NCBI GenBank assembly: GCA_001949185.1
Contig: BDGG01000002.1
Span: 6,872,448 to 6,936,447, forward strand
Direction of reading: 5' to 3'
DNA from: Ramazzottius varieornatus
Taxonomy: Eukaryota; Animalia; Tardigrada
DNA length: 64,000 bases
Shown: positions 16,780 through 30,214 of the stretch, in pieces
Layout of the letters: each line of letters starts with the position of its first letter
Position numbering within the stretch: position 1 is the stretch's first letter
Notes under the pieces: model-generated
Told to the model about the DNA's origin: nothing
Seen by the model: only the letters and a program-made list of their open reading frames with translations
Database searches by the model: none
Program-made: the position numbers and the translations under genes

Positions 16780-17660
16780 TCAGTGTGGGTTCCTTGTGGA
16801 TCTCGTCAACCATTCAAACATGTTCCCCGATTCACCTGCCCATTTTGACTTGTGCTTGTGCCGTCACAGACAACACTCTCGACCTACTTCCTCGTAATTA
16901 TGATGCAACAGATCGAGCAATGGGATCCCCAAAACCAACAAGTTGGGTTTCTCTGGAGAAGGAACTTTCTCTAGGCACTCTGGTTTCATTTCGAGAGAGT
17001 GTCTCGATAATCACTTCTTGTCCCTTTCAGGTTTAATGATGCATGCTCCGCTCGATATGATCGACTAGTTGAAGATGTTCTCGGTCCGTGATGCAACGCT
17101 CGCAACCATTGATCTTCTCCTACTGACCGAGTGAGCAATCTTAAACAAAATCAATGGGTCTAATGTGAAAGACAAGACCTAGAAGCAGGACAAGCACGCA
17201 GTGGGCAGCGGGGGCTTTTAGCAAATTATTTACCTTGTCAGAAGCTACCGCTGTTCCATCAATTTGTCTGGAAGAAAGTCGGCCTGTGTGCCAAATCCAC
17301 TTCGACTTGTGGGTAATAACTTTGAGTGAGTTGAGAAGGAAGAGAAAGCATCTGCGGAAAACATTTTTGTTCGAAGTAAAACGCAACATTAGCTATCGTC
17401 GACGAACTTGGGTTTTGAGGACAGGTCTCTGAGGAATTATTGGCGATAATATTCATATTGAGCACAGATATTTTCTCTCCAGTTGTTTCTGAGTCGCAGC
17501 ATCTTGGGAGACCAGATGGTTTGACGGCAGTTAGGGCATCTTCGTTCGCAAAGAATAAATTTTCGAAATACCGCAAAATCTTTCGAGCATCCATCTTCAA
17601 ATATCAATCTGACAGACGTGAAAAACTTCGCGATTTTCTGATGGCCGGGGCTTGTCACTC
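16780..17660 (-). pseudogene. possible degenerate RING/MATH (TRAF-like) relic
   Basis: Fragments ILCERRCPNCRQ, KWIWH and VIIETLSRNETRVPRESSFSRETQLVGFGDP, broken by stops and frameshifts. The resemblance is weak. Confidence 0.2.
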
Positions 17661-20290
17661 TACTTAATTAGTTAATGGCTGCATGAAGTTTAACGGGCCA
17701 ATTTAGCAGTCGTTACTTTTTGTATTTTTCACTTTCTTCGCGGCAAGATGCATGGAGATAGTCCTTGAAATCTTTCAGCATTTACGAGAAATCTAGTTTA
17801 ATCTAGCGGAATATTTTGAGGGGTCATTTCGAAGCAGTGCGCGCGTTGGACTAATAAAGCTTGGGAGAAAAAGCACTGTATACTTCCAACTCAATGCCAT
17901 GTTAGCAGGAACCTGTGTAGGCTGCTGGCACAGAACGTCCTGAACCCTCGATCCGACTTTGGATTTTGCAGAATATAGAATGCAGCGTCCCGTCCGAAAG
18001 GATTTGGGAAGATCCGAGGATTAGGTTAAAGTGCACCGCACTCTTTTGCGCTAAGTCCTCGGGCGGCCAACGGACTAATCGGGGTTGCCGGAAATGTTTT
18101 TATCCGTCCCACAAGCCATTGTATTGGTATCAATCTTATATTAGTTTAAAATTTCCGCTGTCAGATTTAATTTGTCTGGATCCTTTTACATATATCGATG
18201 TCCAGACGTGTGTGCTGAAGACGCCAAGCAAGGATGGTTAACGATAGGCGTAACTGAAAATTGAGTTTGAGATTGGTTACGTCGCAGACCATTGATCCTA
18301 ATCATGTAGTCGCTCGGGGGGAGGCAATCTTGTCGACATGGCAAGGATCCCGGCTTGGCGATCAGCGAGACAAGCCGGGGACCTACGGCTTGCTCCCTGC
18401 TGTAATGACAGGCACAGTCTTTGTCCCGCGCAGTCGCAATGGGCTTTGACTCCAATCCCTTTGATGCATTCATCCCGCTCGCCAGGCACGCTAAAGACCG
18501 ACCAGGCGTTGTTCCCCCAGTGCAACTAGGTGTTGTTGTGGGACTCTTTATGACTTTCAAAGACTCTTTCTTGTACTTTATTACATGTCGCTGAATCGAC
18601 GTTGAGACCCTGATGAAATTGGAAAAATCTCGAATCTATATTATCTGTGCGACTGATGCTTTTTTCTCGAGGACCGCGTTTTATTGGGTCCCTTATGTAC
18701 TGCTAATATACTTCCGCTTTATCGGCTTTTCCAAATAATCTGTCCGTGGTTCCGCTAGGTAAGATTATGGTTTTCAAATCGGGGCTCTAGTACCATCGAA
18801 TCCATGGAAGTACTAAGAATACCTAAAGGCCCCAATGATCTATGTCCTCGTCGTGATTGAGCCTGCATGTTGGACAGATGATCGGTGATTAACCTCATTT
18901 TACTTCATTTCGTTTGGGGCTTGAATTAAACCCTTCTGAATCAAACTGGACAGTTAAAAGACGTATCGCTTTTAAAAGGGGATCTAATTCAAACCGGGAT
19001 TCCTGGACTTGACACATATTGTACTGTATGTTGAGGAATCCTGTGCTAACTATGCCTTGTAATTTATCGATAAATAGTGTCCGTCGTCTTATTCGAAGGC
19101 ACGCGGGATCTCCGGTTCCTCGAAATATGCCCGAACTCCTCGAAGTTAGTCCCGTCGACTTTAGTTCTAGGTTCGCTGGACGAAGCGCCCATTGGCCTGT
19201 CGAGGATAGACCACTAATTGTCGATGATTATGAGTAGCCTAATTATCGTCATGTGGTTTAGGTGATAATGATGGACTCTGGACGACTGCCTGTCAGTAAA
19301 CGGACATGCACTGTCAAGGGAGCTAGAAAGATAACCAGTAGCCAATATAGGCTCAGGATCCCGGTAATTATCTGACTGTTATAACAGTCTCTTAGCCTTG
19401 CAACTGCCCGTGCTCCACACAAGAGCACTTAGTAAGACAAACATCGAATCGAGGCAAGTTGCTGACTGCCCAGTAGTTTATCCTCGTTGCTCCAGTGACG
19501 GCTCATTGTGCAAATGGCAGTCGCACGTGAAGGTTAGGAGCACTAGTACAAAATACTTGTCCACAATCCAGTGTCAAACTTGTCCAACTGGACTATAGGC
19601 ATTTGCTTCCGTTTGTGGATTTTTCGGCTTATCGGACCACTGGCTGTGTTCGATATGGCCAGTCGACGTGACGGTTTAGTGGCGCAGTTCATTGTGAAAG
19701 GAAAAACAAGCCGTATAGCTGCAGGGTAGTCTCTTTGAATGTCCGTTCTTGAATAATTGATGGATCTTTCTTCCTTCCATTTCACCAGTTGAAACTGTGG
19801 CACGAAAAGTGTGAAAATATTTGCGGGGCATTTGCTGATGGGATATGTGGCTGTGTCGACCGCACATGGTGCGTTTATTGACTTAAAAACGAAAGCGCGT
19901 AATGGAGTTATTCCGCTCGGGCTATTTTTCTTCTATTCAAGCGCCTATTTTGTCGGGAATGCTATTAGAATGAGAATGTCAACCGCTATAATGGTGCGCC
20001 GTCATAAGTGGGCGAAAATTACGTTCGAATTTTTTGAAGAGTTCTCTGAGGCTTCTTTTAAATTTTCGGTGACAAAAGTGACACATGTAAAATTTATCTC
20101 TTGTTTACTTTCAGGCTTGCTGATTGCCGCTGAATATTCATAAAGCTTCCTCCAAGGCTTTCAAGCGATCGGATCAAAATCGTTCAACTGCCGGGAAACA
20201 CAAAGACTGCACGGGTTCGTCTCTGCGTATCGGTCGCATCAGCAATCGCTCGATCGCCCAGTTTCACCAGTCGTTTAGAGGGAAGTGGAC

Positions 20291-23200
20291 ATGGCCGACG
20301 AAGAGTCAGTCAGCATATCATCGTAAGTGATCCTCAGCCTTCCGCTGTTTGAGAAAGCTCTAATGTCACGGCGGGTAGGGGCATTTTGCATAATGGCTCT
20401 TGCAAGAGCAAGAATCCGGTCAAATGAAAATTAATTTCCTGTCCGGTGTCGTTTCTCCATTTATGTTGCCTTCCTGTCCGAATCATAAACCCAGAAGGCC
20501 TCTCCAGACATCCATGCACAGATGAGCCTTGAAGAGAAAAGCATTCCAGGCTCACCCACCGAGCAGAAAATTCCCGGGACAAATTGCACCCACTTTCATA
20601 CAAGTTCCTCTTTCCCACTGCACTTACCTGGTTAACAGCCTGCATGTATGTGCATATAGAGCTGTTCAGGAAGAAAATTGGCCTAATTTCTTCATCCTTT
20701 CACCCCTTCGCTCGAACACAACACGTGCCCGATGACTGATGCGCATAATCATCCTTTGTAGGAGCAAGACCTTTTGATGGGGTAGAGTCCTCTGTGCCCG
20801 GACAAAGATAACCTATTAGAATTCGATCAGGCGGAAACGATGGCTGTGACATCCGCTGAAGACATATTCTTCCCTAACATGACAAACATGGGCATCAAAA
20901 TTTAATTATACGCATACTTCTAAGTGGAGGACCAGGAAACATGATAATGTATGGCGTGACTCTGAGAGGAAGAAATTGACTTCGCCCATTTCCTCGTCAA
21001 CCCGTACAATCAGGGAAGAGTACCGTTACTAACCCAGTTACGTTCGATGTTTCCATCCCGATATTCAGTTCACCTTTATTATCTGTGAAAACCATATTTG
21101 GGACGTGAATGAATGATTCCACCCTGATCGTCATCTCATGTGACGCAAAGTTTCATTGTTATTGGCTGGGAATTTGCGCCACTTCGGAAAACGATTTGGG
21201 TGACTTCATTTGCCGACGTCCCATTTTCATTTGATTTTCAGCATTTTTATTTCATTCCATGAAATCTGACTCAGGTGTATGGAGAAACTGACCAAAAAAA
21301 TTTGCTGTCTTTGGTGAACGGATCGAGTTTGAAATACGTCCTCCTTGGGAACCATTGTTGTGCTTTCCATCTTAAAGATGTTTGGTCTTTTATACTGCAG
21401 CACGTCTGTGAAAGTAAAGTGAAAAATATGTTTGAAGTGGGAAACGTGATCTGCTTGCGCTTCTCACAGTTAGAAATAACAAACGCACGATGGTCTTATT
21501 GTGCATCTTTCTTTGCAGGGATTTGGGCAATGCAAACGATCCACTTGATGCGGATGTTGTGACGACACCAGCAGAGACAACGATGCCTTCGACGGAAGCG
21601 GAGGAGGCTTTGATAACAACAACACGGAGTTCAAGTATGGCTGTATACCTTCTCACGTAACCCGATACGACAAAGTCACGTTCACTCTTTCTTTCAATAG
21701 ATTTCCTCCATATTGTCGAGCCCTTGCCAAATATCACTGTTAATTCGGGCAAGGAGGTCAGACTGAAATGTCACGTTAAAGGCCACCCCAAGCCCAAGGT
21801 CCGCTGGTTCAAGAACGAAGCTCCGCTGGAGGCCGAACGACGAGGCCGAGTGACTATTCGTAAAGAACACGATGGATCAAAGTACGTCTCTCGCATCTCA
21901 TCGAGAACCTTACACTGTCATCTGAAAACTTTTGCCTTCGCTTAGGATTCGCATTAGGAATTTGGACGTTCCGGATACCGGTAAGGAAACTTGTGAGCCG
22001 TATAAGAAGATACAGTAACTAAAGTTTTGTACCTATTCGTTTGTAATAGGTTATTATCGCTGTGAAGCATCGAATGGATTTGACAAAGTGGAAACAACCG
22101 GCATTCTCAAAGTTCTTATGGGTAAGTTCTTCACTAGTTGTCTTCCGCTCCTCTCGTTAGAGCTGAAGATTACTGTTAAGTCGGCTATGGTTTCAGTGCC
22201 GGGACGATCTTCCACTCCACTGGAGATTGAGGAGCTCGAAGATACCGCTGACTATACAGTCGGCGATGTCACCCACATCGACGAAGACGTTGAGGACCCA
22301 ATGTCGCTGGTTCCCGGTGCCTCGTCGATTCGCGCACCCAACTTGAAAGGTCCCGGCACGTGTCAGCCATACAAAGGAACAGCCTGCGCCAAGTTCCTCC
22401 AGAACACCACAGTCTTTACCTCTGGCACGCAGTCCATCGCACAAATCGAGGAAGGTCTCATGGCCGCCTTCTCGTTGGTGCCCAAACAGACCGACCTGTC
22501 CACCCAATGCGCGGAATACGCAGTTCCGTCTTTGTGCTACCACATGTTGCCTGTCTGTGATGAACACGGTAGCAGACCCGAGGCCAGAGATACAAAGATT
22601 AGAAGGTAATACTTTCCACTAGATCTTTCTCAAGGTTTTGTGGAAACTCAACATGCACACTAGCTAATTTTTCACGGACCTGCATACCGAAAGTGCATGA
22701 TATGTGTGCGGGTCGATGTATGCAGATTTCTGATAGCCAGTATACTTTTTACCATCTGGTTTCACGTACCTGCATACCCATGCTCACGAAGGATGCGTGG
22801 TTCGCTGTATGCAGGTGCTTGATGGCAAGAATATCTGCACCTTTATGGCGAAACTCGGGTGTCGATGTTGACAGTTTTTTTCTTCCAATTATAGGCAGCT
22901 GTGTCGGGATGAATGCGAGCTATTAGAGACAGAAATCTGTCGGAAAGAGTATGCGGTGGCCAACCAGCACCCCGTCCTCAAAGAGTTCACGCCTGATTGC
23001 GCCGACCTACCTCCAACAAGCTCCGTCGAGCACCGGAGGTGTATTCGGTTGGGCTTACGGGCTCCCACTAGGGCTGAAAAGCTAACGAGAGAAGAGTGTT
23101 ACGAGGGTAATGGGCAAGGCTACACTGGTGTTCAGAAAATGACAGAGTCTGGGGAAGAATGTCGGAAGTGGGACGGCGTTCATTACCCTGACATGGCTCA

Positions 23201-25256
23201 TCACAACTATTGCCGCAATCCTAATGGTAACATGGTCAAACCGTGGTGTTATAATGCCAAGACTGAAGTGCCGGAAAAGTGTCATATTGCACAGTGCAGT
23301 AAGTATGTACAAAATTAATCTAAAGAATAATACCAAAATATTAAACCTTAAAATCAAAGTATTTGCTGTTGGTGTGTTCTCATCCGATATTTTCTCTTCT
23401 AGCGCCACCACCGGACAACATGATGAACAATCTGGTGCTGATCGCGGCTAGCGGAGCTGCGTTGCTCTTGTTGATTGCCATAGTCTCGTTATGCATTTGC
23501 ATACGTCGTCGAATGGCCAAGAAGCAGTCCAAGTCAGCCTTCAAGGCTAACATCAAAGCAAACCCTCTGGAGCTGAACGCCCTGATCCCAAAATACCAAA
23601 TCCATGGGCATGTACCTGAAGTCCAAATGAACAACCTGAGGTTCCTGGATGTGCTGGGTGACGGTGCCTTTGGTAAGGTCTACGCCGGCGACTTGATGAC
23701 AGATGGTGGCATCCGGCCTGTCATTATTCGGATGGCTCGCGAAGGCGGCGGGGCTAAGCTGAAGCAAGACTTTCTGCGAGAGGTACCAATTCAACTTATG
23801 CCCCATGATATACGGCATGTCTTTGAAATTGTCCGTAATGATTTTCAGTTAGCTCAGTGGTCCGACTATCGCCACCCGAATGTCTCAGCGCTTGTCGGCT
23901 CGCATCAAGGAAACGAACCTTTCGCGTTGCTCTTCGAACACTCGACCTGTGGAGACCTTCATGAGTACCTCGAAGCCATGGCTGATCAGTACGTCATATG
24001 GTCCTAAAATCGGGACAGGAATCTGTATGAAAGTTGATTTGTATTATTTTGTCTCTGCAGCAGTCCCAACTGGAAAAGCGACAAGTCGAACGTGGACTGC
24101 CACTCCTCGGTAACGTATTTGCAGATGGCGACTCAGGTCGCGGCCGGGCTCGAGTACCTAGCAGCTAACCTGTTCGTCCATCGAGACGTGGCGACCAAAA
24201 ACTGCTGGGTCTTCGACAATGGGCAGATCAAAGTGGCAGACCATGGTGTTGGTCCTAGTCGCTATCCTATGGACTATTCCAGGTACAGTACTACGGTACA
24301 AGCCGGTTGAAACCAAAGGAAGGAGGAAGATAGGCTCGGAGAGATCTTTCCCCCAAGTGGCGCACCTTTTTATGGCCGAGAGGGCGCGGCTAGAAAATTC
24401 GAGAAGATGTTTCCCAAGTAGCGTACGTGGTCAGTTAAACCAGTGAAAGCGTGCGCCACTTGGGAAAACATTCTAGTCGAGTGTCGTTGTTGAGCTTCCG
24501 CTTGGAAGGGTATGTGTTACCGTGCACCTTTCTAGGGTGGGAAACGCGACTATCCCGATACGTTGGATGGCGCCCGAAGCCATCAACTATGGTCAGTCGA
24601 CCCTTCACTCCAGCGTCTGGTCCTTCGGTGTCCTGATGTGGGAGATCTGGACCCAAGGTATGCAGCCCTACTTTGGCTTCAGTCACCAGGAGATCCTCGA
24701 GATGATTCGAACGCGACACCTTCTCGCCCAACCTGAAGACTGCTCGGCCAACATCTACGCTCTCATGGTCGAATGCTGGCACGAGAACCCAGTTAGACGA
24801 CCGAGTTTCAAAGAACTCCACCAGCGTCTCAAAAGCTGGGAAGCGGTCCGACCTGGGCTTACAGTCTCATCTAACCAAGATCACGGTAGCGGTCGTAGTC
24901 GAAGTACAGCTAGCCAGCATAGCAGTAGCGGACCTAACTCACAAAGCAACAACACGGGCAGTACCCACATTAGCAATGGTTTCGTCCCGATTCTACCATT
25001 ACCGCAGTTTAGCTTTGGTGGAGTACCGAACTCGCCGGCATTTAGCGCGAAGTTCGGCTCGAGTTTCCCGCGGCGTCAGCCGGCGGGGACACAGACTATG
25101 ACAAGCGGAACGATGGCAGTTCCACCGTCACCACTGCTACGAGGCTCGGCCATGAATACGCCAGTATTCAGAGGACCAAAGTTTTCTGTCAATCAGTCCG
25201 TACCTTCGATTATGAATAATTTGGAGTTTGAAAGTTTTCGTACGACAAATTTGTAA
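20291..25256 (+). CDS. ROR: ROR-family receptor tyrosine kinase (Ig, Frizzled CRD, kringle, TM, degenerate kinase domain, Ser/Pro-rich tail); 5' end uncertain
   Basis: Ig (VRLKCHVKGHPKPKVRWFKN...DTGYYRC), CRD (CQPYKGTAC...SLCYHMLPVC...LCRDEC), kringle (HNYCRNPNG...PWCY), a TM segment, and kinase motifs GDGAFGKVY, HRDVATKN and PIRWMAPE. Exons are confident from 21519. The ATG exon 20291-20322 is phase-compatible but lacks a signal peptide. Confidence 0.92.
21126..21196. repeat. hairpin element, family 1 copy (probable ROR intron)
   Basis: GATCGTCATCTCATGTGACGCAAA...TTTGCGCCACTTCGGAAAACGATT. Confidence 0.7.
22677..22820. repeat. hairpin element, family 2 (CCTGCATAC...GTATGCAG), two tandem units, in ROR intron
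   Basis: Two ACCTGCATAC...GTATGCAG units; the internal TGATATGTGTGCGGGTCG matches the reverse complement of the copy at 42590-42645. Confidence 0.65.
24342..24473. repeat. hairpin element, family 1, tandem pair (ROR intron)
   Basis: CCCAAGTGGCGCAC..., followed by TGTTTCCCAAGTAGCGTACG...CGTGCGCCACTTGGGAAAACA. Confidence 0.75.
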
Positions 25257-25492
25257 GCATTTTGTAGTTTCAGCAACTATGATCTAATTTTTTTTAACGT
25301 TTCTCGACGTAGTTTCGCTAATCTAAGTGGAAAAAGAGTAGACGAATCAAATAGTAAAACAGCAACAAATACTAAAAAATCACACTTTGGTTGGGTAAAA
25401 GAATCTAACCTTCGGAGCATTTGGAAAAGCTATCCCTGTCATCCGTCTAAAAGGTGAAATCACTTTGGCTAAAAGAACCTGAACTAATGAAA

Positions 25493-28341
25493 TCAACGGA
25501 GGAAAGACCTGGAGTTTGTCCGGGAAGGAGCTGCCTGAGCGCTGTTTTGAGTTCGAAGTGAGCTCACAACTGGAGGGTTTGTGGCTCTGCGCTGTTCTTC
25601 TAAGAAAGACGTGGGTCTTCCAGCACTTGATACGTTCGCCAGTCGGGATGCAAACGACTGCTGTTCTAGCTTTAGGGTCTACACCATAAGAAAGGAACCC
25701 TGAGCTAAAGTACGAAGAGCGAAGCTATTTCTACTTACCGTTCGGTACCATGCCGCAGTCATAAGCTTCTGCTGATGCGTGTATAATCTTTTCAAATCAT
25801 CTAACTCTTTCTGCAAACGAACACCTCTCTGACTAGCTCAATAATCCACAAGTATACATTTCGTACTATCATAATTTTCATGTTTCGCCAAGTGTGCGTT
25901 ATGGACTTGTTCTTACCTGCAAGGACTGCACTTGAGCATCGCGCTGACTGGTGCTTGAATCAGCTGCGGTATCAGGCGATCCGGAAAGCATTGAAACCTT
26001 GCTGGAATCTTGGACAGGAGCGGGAATGAGTAGCCTGTCTGCTTGAGCCTTCGTGAGTTCCTGTAGCTGCTTGTCTTGATCGGTAAGCTTCTGAGAAAGT
26101 TTGGCGATTTCGATATCCCGCCGCAGTATTTCCTCTCTAAAACAACACAAAAGCCTAATTACACCAGTTCACATACTACAAAACAGAGCTGCTGTAGGTG
26201 CAGCGAGATGTTACTTGAACGATTCGGGTTCCAACTCGAACGATAAGCTTTGCTGAAGTGGAACTTCCTGAACGTGCGCATCGTCCAGGCCTCCATTCGT
26301 GACGCCATGCTTCTCCACTTCCATACCCTGAGGAAAAGATATTTGATCACTTAACAATTTCTATGATTACAGCGTTTCTCGACATTAAGGCTGGTTCGTA
26401 GAATTCACCTTGTTGCGCCTTGATAATTCGGCGACCTGTCTTCGCAGTTCGCTGATTTCCATTTCGGCATTCTCATAGCGCCTCACGCTAAGCTTCAGTT
26501 CCTCATCCCTTGTTTCTAAAGCTACTGTCTGGTCTCCCAGATCATTCTGCAGCGAAGCCAGTGCTTCGTTCTCCTAAGATATTATCCTTACAGAACACAT
26601 TTGACAGTTGGCATAACTATTTGAATCTTTACCTGTTTTAGTTCCAGGTTCTGTTTCATAAGTTCGACGTTGCGTGCTTCGACTAGCTTGATCTGACTTC
26701 GCAAGTCGCCCATCTCATCTGGAAGGAAGCACCAGGGGTATACTGAGATGCTGATTTCCCTATCATTTCCATAAATTAGAGCAGGGTGAGCGCACCTATT
26801 TTCTTCTTGTACAGTTTCGCTTCGGTCTCGTACTTGCGAAGTTGCGTGACCGTTTGCTTCCATTCATCCAGCTCATCTTTCAAATCGTCCATGTCAGCCA
26901 GTTTCCGCTTGAGCTGTTCGCTGTCAATCATGGCTGCTCCCAGTTGACTCTGAAGTTCGTTGCACTTCACGCGATATTCATCTCTTGACGTTTCCATCCG
27001 GCTCAAGGCCTCTTTCGCGGCGTTCGCTTCCTTCTGTAGCGACTCTACTCTCTTGTTCAGCGGCGAACTGCAACATGTGGAAACCACAATCCAGGATCAC
27101 AGCTCCACGAAAAGACGGGAAAAAGATGGGTGGATTGCTCGTACCTTTCATTATTCACATCCATTATGGCGTCCAGCCGAGTACGCAACTGGGCGGTTTC
27201 ATCGAGTAGCTTCTTCCTTTCCGACACTAACTGGTTAACCTGAAGAGAAGAAAATCTGGCTCTCTCAGTTGGAACCCGGAATACTTTCCAAGGTAGTTCA
27301 CAGTACTGTATAACTGACTTCCGTATCGAGAGTTGAGCAGTTCGCGCACCAAGTGTCACCATTTGTCAAGGCATGGTTGTGCTGCTGAAGGACCACATCA
27401 TCCGAATGGCGCTGAACGGGAAGTAACTGGAGAATCGCTCTCGAGATTACTACTGCCACGGAAGAAGGCAAATCACGCATTCTGTTAATGTACTCTAGAA
27501 TGAAAAACGTAATGAGAAACTGGTCAGCGGTCAAATGGGAATGACAGAGAAACCTTTGAAGTACCTTCTTTGTTCGGACATAGTACCGCACAAACCAAGA
27601 CCAGCTGCAGTAACCTTCCGACCACTGCGTTGAACGAGTTTTCGTCAACTGCGAACCACAAGAAAATAAGTTCTTCTTCGTCGTATGGATCCACGAATAA
27701 CGACAGCCGGCGCGTAAACTTACGATCAGCTTGGAATCGCTCGTTGAACCCGGATTTTGCCCTCCTCGCCTCTTCGGTGGCCGAACTGTGTTTAGTTTCG
27801 ATATATTCGACCATTCGTTCCTGAAGATCGTTTACGGCAAATCTCTGTAGGGCAAACCAATCTAAATTAACTGCGCTTAACTGACTTGAAAGAATCTGCA
27901 ACTCAAGTTCGCGTGAATAGTGATATATACGGTACATTCTCAGCGATCCAGTCTTCTATTCCGCTAAAATACGCTTGATCCCTGCAAATAGATCGTGAAG
28001 CTCATCCTATATGATCTTGTTACGAGAGGGATGAGCAAGTGGCTGTCGATAGGTACGTACAAATGGAGAAGAGCTTCCGCAAGAGCATTCCCGCTGATCA
28101 AGTCAAGGATAGATTGCGCGTGGGTCGGCAAATCCAGTGTTTGGAACTAAAACCAATCCCATTACTATACCAGATCTTCATTGTTGCTCCGTAAAAGTAT
28201 TCTTTGAGTCTCATCTTCGAGTTCCGGTTAACCCGCAAGAGCGAAGAAGTGGGCATCAATCAGCACAAAATCACTTACCCAGGTGTATAGCTCATCGCGA
28301 TGCTCCTCTGCATCGAACTCCCCGATGTGCTCCTCATCCAT
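25493..28341 (-). CDS. HOOK: Hook family microtubule/dynein adaptor protein
   Basis: Hook-domain motif GRLLQLVLVCAVLCPNKEEYINRM, long coiled coils (LKDELDEWK...YKKKI), and C-terminal QKLMTAAWY and SFLEEQRRAT motifs. Multi-exon. Confidence 0.88.
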
Positions 28342-29268
28342 TTCTTTCGAGCAAAAGATACCAAACTTCAGTCCGTCACGCTCCTGTGGATAACCCCAGG
28401 ACAGCACAGCTCATAAGGCCAAACTGGAGCACTGTAAAATTCGTAATTAAAGTAAAACACAGCAAACTGCCAACTGGGCCGAAGTGGCCCACCTCGTCAG
28501 CTGTGCAACAGAAAGTTATGGCAAGCCAAGAGGTGGCTTCGATGCGTCAAGCTGCCGATCACCATCGTTCTACTGCAACCACAAAGTCGCCTGCCAAATG
28601 CGCTATCCTTCGTGGTTGTACAGCAGTACAAGTACGAACGTATCAACTGTGGAACCGGAAACGGGATGGTCATTGTTCATTGCTGACAAATTAGCCAACA
28701 GTCAGCATGCTGATTTCTGAACTACCCCGCCTTACAGCAAAATACTAAAACAAGAAGCTTGTTCTCCATTTAAGAAATAAAGCACTGCCTGTTGCAGAAC
28801 TGGACTCGATTAAAACAGTCGTTCAATGGCGCTACTGCGACGACATCCTGGATTAGACAGACTGTAATCGTTCCTACATCGCTAATTTAGACTCCAAGCT
28901 CCTCAGTAGTTGAAGCAAATTCGAATGGTTCGCCGAAGCTCGACTCATTTGGTATTCAGGGACTGCTATCCATGAGCTCGGACTGACCCAGCCAAGCCCG
29001 AGTCGTTCAGCCTGGTTCCTGCGTTCAAATTCATATCGAAAGTAACCACAGTTCGCATTCAAAATATTTACCGTTCATCCGAACCTTACACCTGGTAAAT
29101 AATTATGAAGACGAGAATCCAACCCCGGTACCCGCTACTACGATCAAACTTATCGAAGCTGGAAAAGAGCAGATGATACGTCTTGTTGAAATCAAACTGC
29201 GCTCAAGAAGATAGTCAATCGATGTACAGTTTCGCGACGATAGTGAAACACGTCCCTGCAAAACCCAT

Positions 29269-30214
29269 CTAAACCTTGAAACCGCACGTCTTCCTGCGAC
29301 CACGGGCACGTTCAAACTTTCGTCCCTTCGAAATCACGTAGGGCCTATCAAGGAAGAAACGGATGAAACAGTCGTTAACCATTACCATAAGATATTCCCA
29401 CAAGACCAACACAGAACATACTTTGTATGACTTCCAGGAACACCGGGAGCCTTGCCGAAGTGACGGTATACTTCACGAGCATGACGGGCTCCTGAAAAAC
29501 AAAGAGATTCAGAATACGCTCACCGGCCCATTCAAGCGAATACGACCAATCAATCAACATCAGCTCGAAAGTAAGCTACACAATTACACACCTTGTAAGA
29601 GTTGGGTATGTTCGCCCAATGGAGCTTTCGTTGCCAGCTGGTCGAAAGTCATAATTTCTCCACCGTTCTTCAGGATTCGTGCTCTGGCGTTCTCGGTGAA
29701 GTTCAGCGCACAGACTCTGAGCTTGGGGATATTGTGAATGCGTTTGTCGTCTGTGACGGTGCCCACTACGACAGCGATCTTGTCCGCTCTACCGATCTTG
29801 CTCATCTGTGTGCTCTAGAGGCAAAAGAAAATCAAGCATTAGAAGACTAGTGATCAACCACAGAAGACCCTTAGAAAACTCACCAGTTTGGAAATGGATA
29901 TCGGAGGCCTGTTGGTTCGGCTCATGCATAAGCGTTTGAGAATGATCTTGTTGAACTTGGCTCCGGTGCGACGGGCCAAGAAACGGTACAGCTGCAAAGA
30001 CAATTGTCCTGAAACTTCTTACTTTAGCGGGTTTCTCACTTGGAGGTGCTTGGCCATACCTTAACGATCAGGCGCAGGTAAACATCGTTACTTCGCGGAG
30101 CTTTCCTGACGGCCTTCCGGTCAAACTTGTGGCAGATGTCGATACCCTAAAAACACGATCCATTCGTACCGGCACACGTTCAATGGAACCCTATAACAAG
30201 TATCCACTTACCAT
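29269..30214 (-). CDS. RPL18: 60S ribosomal protein L18 (eL18)
   Basis: M|[11 protein letters not shown]...VYLRLIVK|LYRFLARRT...[11 protein letters not shown]...[19 protein letters not shown]...[12 protein letters not shown]. Confidence 0.97.

Noticed and set aside
28137-28720. Plus-strand ORFs upstream of and overlapping the Hook start
   Set aside because: No recognisable domain or consistent exon structure; they overlap Hook exon 1 antisense.
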